64,000 bases of DNA from Chlorokybus atmophyticus (taxonomy: Eukaryota; Plantae; Mesostigma and Chlorokybus algae). The position numbers and the translations under genes were made by a program. Below, piece after piece: positions 53,648 to 64,000 of this stretch. The stretch's first letter is position 1. Each line of letters opens with the position of its first letter. Location: the NCBI GenBank assembly GCA_009103225.1, contig RHPI01002910.1, positions 480,103 to 544,102 of the forward strand, in the 5' to 3' direction. Under the pieces are notes generated by a model, which had not been told where the DNA came from, searched no databases, and saw only the letters and a program-made list of their open reading frames with translations.

Positions 53648-53856
53648 TCTAGTGTCCCGCACTAGAGTCGCACTTGTAGTGCGTCCTATGGTTGATGGTA
53701 CGACTTATCCATTCGTGCCATCCATGCTTCGTACACAACCATTGGTAACAATGGTTGTGTCGTAACATTTATGGTACGACAGAGGCATCTCTCGTCTCAC
53801 CTCAGCCATTGCCGTACAATGGTTCTGTCGTACCATCCATGGTACGACAGAGGCAT
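53648..53856. promoter_or_regulatory. Cluster of hairpins/palindromes and a 40-bp direct repeat between two divergent pseudogenes
   Basis: TCTAGTG/CACTAGA (53648-53666), CGCACT/AGTGCG (53669-53683), ACACAACCATTG-GTAA-CAATGGTTGTGT (53733-53760), CTGTCGTACCAT-CC-ATGGTACGACAG (53825-53850); repeats 53749-53788 and 53817-53856 match at 36/40. Confidence 0.7.
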
Positions 53857-53859
53857 TGC

Positions 53860-56593
53860 TCGATGAGCCCGAATGGGAGTTAGCGTGCACTCACCCAAAC
53901 ACGCTTCATCGATGGCCGGATGATGGCACGCAGGAGCAGCAGGTCGATGACGGGTCGAATGTCAGGCATAGTGAGCCTGGGTTCGACTAGGAGGCGGAGG
54001 ACCAAAAGTCAGAGGAGGCGGCGGCGGCGGCGTGGCACATCTTGCGAGAAGTTGTGGTCGTAAGAGTTCAAGCAGCGAAGCCAGCTACTATATTGCGCCA
54101 CGTCATGGCAGGCGTCAGCAATGGGGCTGTTTAACATGCATCACCAACATTGGACAAACTAGCAGGCAAGCTATTTACGACCATCTTCACACAGAGAGCT
54201 GCTTGGTGGCTCGCTTTCTGCAACAAGGAGTGGATCATGAGCTGCAGTCCTTGGAGCCCCTTGTTGGAACCATGCGGGACCAATTGCGACTGTCGGAACA
54301 AGCACAAAGGAATGCACAGGTACGCTCAACAGTTACATGCATTACCTTGCAAGAGCCATTTGTTTTTGGTACGGTCCATGTGATACATGTAGCGTGGCTG
54401 CAGGCCTCCACTATTCACCTATACCCACCCCACAGTTAAGCCAACGTTGCGGAAGCCAGAGCATATGGACAGAGCTGGGCGGCGGTATGTTGTTGCCAAT
54501 CTCGCTGTACATGTTGACTGCATGCACCTCCAATGCATGCCTACCTTTGCATGCTAAAATGTGCGTGAGCGAGCGAAGTTTCGCGCGCGCGCGCTGAACG
54601 AAGTAGGCTGGGTTTGAGCACAGGAGCGCGTGGCCATTTGTTCGGCACTCAACTCGTACTGCATCAACCAGCAATGACGCAGTCCATGCAATCATTTGTG
54701 CATCAACCAGCAATGCCGCAGGTGATTGTTCGAAGCATCCAGCTGATGACGGTGTGACGCAGTTGACTATTGCAATTGCAGTGTCGCAAGCATGCAGCTA
54801 ACCCACATGTGATTGGTTGACATCACCACAGTGCACTAGGTCCTGTTGGAGCTCCTATGCAAGCCTGTATTCAATCCAATCAACTGGTCCTTCAATCCCA
54901 CTTGATGATGGGCGCGGCGGCAATGCGGCATCAGTTTAACATGCATGTTGGCATGTTGAATCCCGACATGTCCATTGGGGCAGTGGCGCATGATGTGCCC
55001 ATGGCTCACGAGCTCCGTGACGAGTCTGCGATCGAGGGTGGCGAGGAGAGTGCACCCAATACCACCTTGTTAGCCCCCATGGCTTCCCCTGCTCCATGCA
55101 GCCCACGGGCCATTGAGGTAAGTCGCTGTCTTTTATGCTCGTGCCTTAGTAATAATGCGTCAGGCACTGCATAAGCTTATATTCGTCCTTTGCAACATTG
55201 TGAACCATCATATTCTGGGTCCTGTATACAGCCCCCCTTGCTGCACAAGTGGTCTCACCTGCCGCTCCTGCTCCCCTCGCAGCCAGAGCACAACCACCTT
55301 CCGCGGCACCAGTCCTTCATACACTGCCATCTCCTCCACGAGCAGCACCGGTGATTGCGGGGCAACAATCCTTCTTGCCGCCACCGGCGAGACCACAGCA
55401 CAATGCAACAACCGATGTGGCTTCTGCACCTACCTTACCCCACCAGCTGCAAGTTGAAGCCGGCAGTCTGCCCCAAACTCAGGTACTTTATCAGTCACTG
55501 TGACTCTTACCGTCCAGAATTGGACACACCATTTAAGTGCTGTATGCGCATGCAGCAGGGGTCACCACCTGCCAGCGAGTCATCAGAGGAGCTGACCGCA
55601 ACCCACATACGGCCATCAGTCATGCTAGGTGGCCAGCTCACCTCATGGGACCACTTCAATGCGCCAACGGATGGTAATTGCTTCTACCTTTGTGTATTTC
55701 GCGCCAGGCCATCCATAGCGCAAAGTATCCTGGATGATCACAAGTGCCCCAGCTCGAGCAGATTTTGGGCCATGCTGGACACCATGGACGACGACGGCAG
55801 GGGGGACACTCTCCGCAAAATTACCGCCAAGGCTGTCGATGCAGGCATGGTGAGCAGAATTCTAGACTTCTGCAGAGCCACTGGTGCCGCGGGAGAGATG
55901 GCGCAGTATTACGTCAAACTGCCTGCGACCATGGTGGCTGATGTCAATTGCAACATTGACCTAGCCATGGCCAAGGTGCGACAGATCGTGCGGAGAAAAG
56001 ATGTGTACGTCGAGCACCTGCAGATGACCATGTTTGCCAACAAGCTGGGCTTGTTGATTGGCTGCGTGACCGTTCAGCGCGAGCATGGGGAGTGGATGCC
56101 ATGATCCGGCAGCGCAGTTTGGGTTGGAAATAAAGAAGCCCCCAACTCAGTCCTGGTGGTGGGCAACACTGCTTCTGATGAGCCAGAAGCACACTTTTGG
56201 CTCCTCAAGCCTGCTGGCACCGAATAGTGGTCGTGGCCTATGCATGAAGTGCCACCGGAGGTAACACACCTGATCGAAGAATGGCGGAATGGCTCCATCT
56301 TCAGAAGTGTCAGCTTGCGTCTCAGCTGCAACTTGCTTGAGTTGCTGTTGGCCTTAAAGAGGGTGTCGAAGACCTCCCACGCCTCACATCCAGTCTTGCA
56401 ATCCGCAATAAGAGGGAGATGGAAGTCTTTGACGTGTAAGCCTATCAGCGCAAAAGCTGATTGTGAGTGCGTTGTCCAGGTACCAGTGTCACCTGTTCTT
56501 GGCCGTAATGATGCGGAGGAGATGGGATCGACAAAACTTCAGAGCTTCTTGCGGATCAGCACCAACTTCATCTTCAGCGACCATGAGGCGTAG
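53860..56593 (+). pseudogene. Spliced pseudogene ending in an OTU-like cysteine protease domain
   Basis: NAPTDGNCFYL (DGNC at 55670-55681) and EAHFWLL (His at 56192) are in one frame, which runs to 56593 through in-frame TGA (56102) and TAG (56225). Upstream exon-like blocks at 53860-54060 (one TAG) and about 54165-54320. Confidence 0.65.
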
Positions 56594-56923
56594 TTGTGCA
56601 GATCAAGAGACACGATGGGCATCCTTCCTGTGTCAGCTATTGCTTGCTACACAATAGTACAACTCACCCTCTCCCGAAAAACACTCTACTAGTAGGCGCC
56701 TATGCTCAACACTTTCTCTCACTAGCACAAGCGATCACACAAGCGAGTGTGGGCCCATAACCTGTTGAGAACTAGTGATGCGCCTAGTGTGTGTGTATTT
56801 GCCTCCTACATACAAGTGTGCACACTAAAGACAAGTGCAGCAAGCACACCAATTATAGGGACAATGTGCGACCCACTATTTTAAGCAGTATACAGTATCT
56901 CATATACTATGCTACTAAGCACT

Positions 56924-57055
56924 AGTCAACTCTAGTCAACTTTGGTCAAAGTCAACACTAGTCAACACTAGTCAATGGTCAAAGTCAATGGTCAAAGTCA
57001 AAGTTGATCATGACCATAACTGCCGTAACTCCCGTAACTCTCGTAACTCCTGTAA
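56924..57055. repeat. Array of 10 RGTCAA (reverse W-box core) motifs followed by (GTAACT) repeats
   Basis: RGTCAA at 56924, 56934, 56944, 56950, 56960, 56970, 56977, 56983, 56990 and 56996; then ataactgccgtaactcccgtaactctcgtaactcctgtaatt (9-bp period). Confidence 0.8.
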
Positions 57056-57793
57056 TTATAAAGGTTAAGCTGATCGTACCAACTACATGTAGGCGCCGCC
57101 TATACATGTTCTTTCATCCAGCTATACCATCTAATCGGAGACGGGCTTCACATTGCCTGTTGCTACTTTCATTTGCATCGCTATAATTGCCTTACTTGAC
57201 AGAGTTCGAAAACGTCACTTCATTGACACTCGTCTCGCTAATGAGATCCTGGCATGTTGTGTATGTTAGCAAGTTGTGGTGCCTACACTTAAATTCATTG
57301 ATGACCTTCAACACGACTCACCACATGTATATACTTGGTGGCACATGCTTTTGCTGCTTTGTTATATTTGTTGGCACACTGGTCATATGCTCACATCCGC
57401 AGCAATCAATCGGTAATATTAAAAGATGCTAAGATTGCACGGGTCATAATCAACAGCATACCTACTATGTGCAGCCATCACTCATTAGACTTCAACTCCC
57501 ATTAGCCTTCAACCAGCACAGCTCCACCTTTGGGCGGTAGCAGCGAACCCTTGTGACAGCAATAGCCGATGAGAAGCACGGTCCGTTGCCCGTGGTCCTT
57601 GTCATGCCATCTACCCTCGCATGCCAGTTCTTCTCAAGCATGCCTACACCCAGCCCCACGCCAGGGCTACCAGCATGAAGACCGCGCGAGCCCCAGCCTA
57701 CTGCTAGCTACTGTATCACTCATGTAGCCTGTAGCTAGGGCTACTTTATAGACCTGTCTGTAGGGACCGCGCGTAGCTGATCAGTTGCAAGTC

Positions 57794-58192
57794 TGTTAAG
57801 AACACATGTGCTATATCAAGTCTTAGGAGATTTCCGAAATAGCATGAGGCCTCGATGTGACCGTTGGCCTAGTGCCCGCGTGGCACTGCACAGTCATGAT
57901 TTGACATGTATAAGTAGGAAGTCACGTCACCAGACTGGCTGGTGACACTGTAAGTGAGTACTGTGAGTACTAGGAGTACTAAGAAGTAAAGACTCTGTTT
58001 CTAAAGAGCTTGTGAAGCGACTTGAACTGGAAGCACGCTGCCCCGGTTGCCAAGAACTCCTTTACTGCGTGAGACACGGTGCATGCTCTTGTGCGCTGTG
58101 CCTGCCATTGCTGTGAGCTTGACGGTGGTGTGTTGTTTCAGTAGTTAGGGTGTTGTATCCACGTGTTGCACACTCATTCACCTCACTTAACA
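57794..58192 (+). repeat. Putative 5' LTR (399 bp)
   Basis: Begins TGTTAAG (57794) and ends CTTAACA (58192), a perfect 7-bp terminal inverted repeat with TG...CA ends. Contains TATAAG at about 57908 and is followed by a PBS-like gTGTATCA. The 3' LTR is not in the window. Confidence 0.5.
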
Positions 58193-58463
58193 GTGTATCA
58201 TTCTATCCACTCATGCAAAGAACTGTGTCCACAGCACTACCTATCGTAGTGGCTTGTTGACTTACAGTGTCACCCTCTTTGCACAAGTGAGTGTGTTGCA
58301 ATCTGCATCAGATAGTGCAGTCTGCACCCAGGGATACATCGCTGGGCATTCGTTATCATTGTCATCACATAGTGCGTACAAGCACTAGTGTGTTGGGTGG
58401 TAACAGCATCAGGATAGACGGTAGAGCACAAGCACTCTACCCTTTCACCTCTGGACCAGCTGT

Positions 58464-61400
58464 ATGAGCAGGCCCACCCCGTTCTCCCCAATAGACGAGG
58501 GTGACCTCAGCAGTTGGAGCCCAACCACCAATCTCACTTACGAGCGGACCAGTGACGGAAGCATCGACCGCAGCAGCAGAGGCTCGCGCTCCATCTCCAG
58601 CTTCACCCCGCTCCACTCTACTCCTCGTCATTCAGCTTCTCCACTATCATCGGACAGCGACGACAACGAGATGGAATCTTTCAGTTCAACCACATCCCTG
58701 CGCTTCTCCGGACGTGCCGGCACCACCTCGCTGGATGAGTTCATCATCAAGTTCCACTCCTAGATGCGGCAGCAAGCACTGAAGAACAAAGACTGGTCAG
58801 ATGAGATCTCTTTCCACATTGCTGCTCAGTATCTTGATCATGAAGCACACGATGTCTGGAAGTCCGTTGCTGAACTGCATCGAGTAGACGGCTATGGCGA
58901 GCTTGCCAGCACCATAGCATCTGCAGCCCTGCACCGTCCAGCAGGTGTCATTCCACCTGCCACTTCAGTTGCAGTAACAGGCTTGACCATAGCTGCAGCT
59001 CTCAAGCAGGCAGAGGAGGAGGAACCAGAGTTGGTACTTGTCAACTCGACCCCTGCAGAAGTTGAGTCCAAGGAGGCCACACGTCAAGCCCGCATCCTTG
59101 ACCGTTCTGCCAGCATCATTGAGGAACAAAGAGCTGTACAGCAAGCGGCAGCCGCAGAGTGGGGTACTCCTCTACCTCCAGCAACACCTGGCTCTCGTGC
59201 AGGAGGCAGTGCTTTCACCCTCGGGTCAGTAGCACTGCGCGCACCAGCCATCACCGTAGGTGCTGCCATCTCTGATTCTCCACTCAAGGACCTGTACGCT
59301 GCCCTGCGCCGTACCTTCCCTCCTCAGACCACCAGCAAGGTTGAGGAGCTGAGACGCTTCCGACGCAAGCCCAATGAGGATCCCCTCCGCTTGTACTCCA
59401 GACTGGAAGGTCTGCTGAAGGACACTGACTACAAGATTGTCAGTGAGGAGGCTGCTGCAGTGATATACGTCAATGAGTTGGATGCTGCTCTGAGCGAGTC
59501 GACACGCCTGACTCTGAACTACAGCAGGCCCCTTGGCTACACCCTCAAAGAAGCCTTCGAGACTGCACAAGCCATCCACAAGCGCTTGGTGTATGAGAAG
59601 GCAGTGCTGGACACCAACCGCAGCGCCGTACGGCCTGTAGTCAGCACGACAACTGAGCCTCCTCGCCGCGACCGTGGCCGGGACGCTCCACCAGCACGCG
59701 ACAAAGGGAAACGGTCAGCTCATGCTGCACTTGCTGCCCCTGTGCTGTGTCATCGCTGTGGACGGCATGGGCACTACCAAAAGGAGTGCACCGAAGAATA
59801 CTCAACTTTGGTTTGCGACCACTGTCACAAGACTGGTCATTTGGAGTCAGTCTGCTGGCTCAAGTTCCCAGAGTTGAGGCCCGCCAACAGCTACAACCAC
59901 AACTACTCCGGTGGCTACAACAGCAACAACACTGGAGGCCACACTGGCAACAACTTCAGTGGCTACAACAGCAACAACACTGGAGGCCACACTGGCAACC
60001 ACTTCAGTGGCTACAATAGCAACAACACTGGAGCCCACAACAGCAACAACGCTGGTGGCAGTAACAACAACAACAACGCCAGTGTTCGCAAGGAAGAGCA
60101 AGGCTACAGGGGGAAGAACAGACCTCCTCAGCGTAAGGGACCAGAGACACGTCCGCGCGCTGCTGCTGTTGCCGCCAAGGCTTCAGCCAACCCACCAGCT
60201 GATGACCATATGGCAGCCCTCATGGCGCGTATGGCACGCTTGGAGGAAGACAAGGAGCAGGACTACCGCGCCTGCTACGCTGCCCGATGGGCGCTGATGG
60301 CTGCAAAACGCGAGAGAGACAGGAACACTCCGTCCCGCGTGCAACCATCACGACGAGCACGAGGGGAAGCTGCAACAACATCAGCAGGCACCTCCTCCGA
60401 AGCCACCAGTGGTGCTGCCTCCGCAGCAACAGCCACACCGGCTACAACGTCGACTCCACCAACGTCAGCAGCACCCACTCCAGTTGCACCACAACCTGGT
60501 ACACCGATGGACACCGGGACGCCGACACTGGTGAGCACAATGGCAACAGCCGTCATCTCTACCGAATCTGCACCAGTGGGCGGTGCACTTCCCACTGCAG
60601 CAGTGCCTCTGTCCGTAGGCGTTGAGACAACTCTCGCACCACCGACCGGTACCGTCGCAACTGCCACAATTGCCATCGTCGAGCCCGCTGTCTCTGCAGC
60701 GACGCGCGCAGCCACTCTGCCCGCTCTCGACGTCACTCAGGCTGTCCCAACTGGTCAGCAAGCTGAGCGAGCATGGGAAACCATCCTGCGCGGAGCAGAC
60801 CCCACTACCATCGCCTTCGGTCGGGGGGGGGAGCGCACCACGCGTGTCGCCCGCGATGATCGCGTCTTCCCGCTACCAGAGGTTCACACCCTTCCAGCAC
60901 TCACTCAACACCAGTTAGAAGATGAGATCCTTGCTGGCACTGCACCTCCGATGCGTGACAGGGTGTTTTTGATCAGCTACAGCCCACCTGTAGTGTTGGA
61001 GTTGGCTCTGCAGCTGTTCTGGGCGTTGCACAACAACATGCAGACCGCCCCGCGCCAGCCTGCACGCATGCCAACCACCACCTTTGAACCCAGCCCGTTG
61101 GACACGTATCGGGACCGCCGAGACGCCGTCCAGCAGCGCATCGCCGACGCAGCCGACCTGCCTTTGGGCACTGATGAAGCACTCGGACCTCCTACAACCG
61201 CTCGTCTTCATCAGCGCTACCACGCACTGGAACAAGCATATCATTGGCGACAGGATCAAGCTGCCGCCATTGCTGCACGTGAACAAGCTCTTGAAGCTAC
61301 ACGTGCACCAATACCTCAGTCACCAACTGCTGGTCCATCCTCCAGCACCACTCCGCTCTTCGTCGAGACCAACTCTGACCAAGCGAGGGCGTTGGCTCAA

Positions 61401-64000
61401 CAAACCAGGGGGGTGATCGCCCCGTTGCTGCCTGCGCTGGTGGAGGATCTACCTGAGGACCAAAGGGAGCCAGGGAGGGGCTACCTTACACCACAAGGGT
61501 GTACACAAAGAGATGGAGCAGGACTGGTTGGAGAGCAACAACTACGCACTGCTCTGTTGCGACAAGCAACCATGCTGCATCGGCAAGAAGGCATCGGACT
61601 GCGGCAGATGCTTGGGATGCGAGACAGTGGCAACGCGGCACGCGCACGGTTAGTGACGTGGCTGGTTACCAACCATCCCGCAGTCCCGTTGTTCGCTTTC
61701 GGCGCCAGAATAGCGTGGGTGGACGCATTCCTTCGCTCCATACGGCAAGCCTATGATGAAGTGGCTTCCGCCGCCACTGACACTCTGGAGGGAGCTCTGG
61801 AGGCTATACTGAGTTTGCCAGGGGTGGAGGCAGGACGTCAGCGCAGGCGCATCGCCACTGCTTACGAGCAGCATGTCCAACAGCCAGAGACCCGGCTCAC
61901 TGTACGCACACGAGCAATAACAGTGCTGGAAGTGGGAGTGGTCAACGGCAGATGGGATGCTTACATGGCAGGGATCCTCAGGGTGCCCACCATCACCCAC
62001 GACATGAGAGCGCGGCTCCTACGCGCAGTGTACCTGCAGACCATGCCTCAGAACCATCGCTATATAGATGCGGACAACGATGCGACGGCGACATGGGAAG
62101 GTAAACTAGTCAGACAGGCAGCCCATGCTGTGCGATGGACCTATGCAGAGGAGCAGGCTGCACGAGAGGCAGTCCCGCAAACACCAGGTCCTCCAGGGTT
62201 CCCGCCACAGCCACTGGCCACTCCTCCTGGCATGACAACAGCTGCACAGAGGGTCAACCCTCCTGCACCTCCACTTGGACAGGTTGCAGCAGCACCTCCA
62301 GTGCCTAGGCCACCACGCGTGTACCAGCAACCGCGACAAGGACGGTTTGGACAAAGCCGAGGACAAGGAGGCCCACAAGATCCATCAGGCAGAGGAGCCC
62401 TGGCTACCCTACGGTCAGGCCCCGCAGATGAGAATAAAGCAACAGTCTCTCCACGCAAGAGGTTCCGTCGCTTCAAGAGGCTGCGCATCAACGCCAATGC
62501 AGCCATGATCGCCAACCAAGGCAAGCACGTGACCGTCAATGGGCGGGCACCCAAACGCGTGATGCTGGACACTGGAGCACAGCCTGTCATCATTGGGCGC
62601 TACCTCGCACGAGATCTCGGCATCACCAGCGCTGAGCTGCTTCCCTGTCCCTATCAGCTGGACACCGCAACCGGCAACCGTGACAAGGTACTCGGCCTTA
62701 CCAAGCAGGCTGTGAGCATCCGCCTCACCGGACTAAACCCTTCCCACAGCACCGAGATTGTACAAAGGTGTGTGGTCACCGATGCCGGGTCCTTTGACCT
62801 ACTGTTGGGACAGGACTGCAACTTCCCTGTCGGCATGGGGCTGGACTGCTGGACTGAGCAGGCATGGTTTCGACCACATTGGGATGAGGACGATGGAGAG
62901 GAGCAGGGATTCCTACCTCTCGAACTGGTGGCCAAGGACCGCTCGCAACGAAGATCGGCTGCAGCAGCCACCTACAGTCTTACAAAAAGCTCACGTGTGC
63001 CTCGTGCGCGAACGCAGCCAAGGACAACTGCAACGAGCTCGAGCCCGAGCCTAAACGCTGAAGAGGACTCCCCTACACCGTACGATGAGTCTCAAGAGAC
63101 TGTCACCAAAGAAGTGGCCTTTCAGGAGCCATCCGAGCGTCGCTGGAGCGCACAAGTAGCAGCACACATGCTGCTGACCAGGCCTCAGCTCACTGCACAC
63201 TTCCCTGCCTACAAAGACCAGGCTACAGTACAGGAGCAGTACCACATAGCTACGGGAGTTGTGGAGTTCCACATGTTCCGCCGACAACAAGGCATCACCG
63301 TGCTGGAGCTGTTCGGAGGCATAGGCAGTGGGCTTGCGGTTGTCCTCAACACAGGAACAACAGTCACCAAGCACCTCTACTGTGACCCTGACCCTCATGC
63401 ACAGGAGGCTCTGAGCCATCATTTACGACAGCTGCACCAGCGCTACCCGCAGCAGCTACCACTGTCGGCACTGCAAGGAAGCCAGAAGGCTCTACCGCAG
63501 GACATCCGCTGGATTACCAAGGATCACCTGCAGGCAGTCGGCAACATTGACCTGCTGATAGCAGGGTGGGAGTGTCAAGGGCACTCCAGGGCAGGCAGAG
63601 GCCAAGGGCTCTCGGATCCTCGCTCACAGCTGTTCTGGGAGCTAATGAGAGTCATCAAACTCCTACAGATCAGTCAGATCGCTAGGCCCTTGGGGTACAT
63701 CATCGAGAATGTGCACTCCGAGGATGACAAGCGGCACCACGTCGCCAAGGCCTATCGGCAAGTATGCTCCTTGCTGGGGCATCCTCTCAAAATCAACGCC
63801 GCGCGTCATGGATCTCGTGCACACCGCGTCCGCGCCAAGTGGACCAACCTGGCCATTGTGGAAGACCTGTTTCTGGCAGAGTACCTATACAGCAATCGGC
63901 CACGAAATCTCGTCGTCGATGACATCCTGGACCCTGGACGCACAGCGCAACCAGTCACACGCCTTGACCACCACCACTTCTACCAGTGCAACCAGCCTGG
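58464..64000 (+). CDS. Gag-protease-DNMT polyprotein frame (over 1800 codons, one in-frame TAG at 58761-58763, open at the window end)
   Basis: All codons start at positions divisible by 3. CHRCGRHGHYQKEC (59748), CDHCHKTGHLESVC (59814), VMLDTGAQPVIIG (Asp at 62568) ...DLLLG, VLELFGGIG (63300), DLLIAGWECQGHS (Cys at 63573), IIENV (Glu at 63705), SRAHRVRAKW. I read no stop from 58764 to 64000. Confidence 0.9.
59908..60040 (+). repeat. 48-bp in-frame tandem repeat encoding (S/G)GYNSNNTGGHTGN(N/H)F, about 2.7 copies
   Basis: gtggctacaacagcaacaacactggaggccacactggcaac repeated immediately after the second zinc knuckle. Confidence 0.85.

Larger units (their letters stand above)
57794..64000 (+). 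mobile_element. LTR retrotransposon (Ty3/Gypsy-like, inferred) carrying a C5 cytosine DNA methyltransferase; truncated by the window end
   Basis: LTR-like segment, then one reading frame with gag, 2 CCHC knuckles, protease and DNMT. RT/RNase H/integrase are not visible and are presumably beyond 64000. Confidence 0.85.

Noticed and set aside
58398-58410. TGGTAACAGCATC as an alternative primer-binding site
   Set aside because: Not preceded by a CA LTR end, and only a partial match to the tRNA-iMet complement.
59847-60761. Thr/Ala-rich and antisense ORFs over the retrotransposon (59911+, 60275-, 60465-)
   Set aside because: Shadow frames of the real gag-pol frame, which the track omits.

Overview
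Intron-rich eukaryotic nuclear DNA of roughly balanced GC content. It is most likely a streptophyte green alga; this is inferred from nuclear NdhL, an LCIB-family protein, an HRS1/NIGT1-type GARP factor and a DNMT-carrying LTR element occurring together. From about 5.6 to 50.4 kb lie 13 recognisable spliced genes: NdhL(-), Gemin6(+), leishmanolysin-like M8 peptidase(-), TAPT1/POD1(+), HRS1/NIGT1-like GARP(+), LCIB-like beta-CA(-), LRR protein(-), erlin(+), GDPD(-), UFC1(+), JMJD7(-), HCF106/TatB(+) and GT29 sialyltransferase-like(-). Ten of these form head-to-head pairs. Both ends of the window are repeat or transposon-derived. A decayed spliced gene of unknown family occurs twice in inverted orientation (1-1300 and 52.2-53.5 kb), and the second copy is divergent to an OTU-protease pseudogene. 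From about 57.8 kb there is an LTR retrotransposon whose long reading frame (58464 to beyond 64000, one internal stop) is largely missing from the supplied ORF track. It encodes Gag with two zinc knuckles, an unexplained insert of about 850 aa, an aspartic protease and a C5 cytosine DNA methyltransferase domain. Exon boundaries and motifs were read by eye; no database searches were run.
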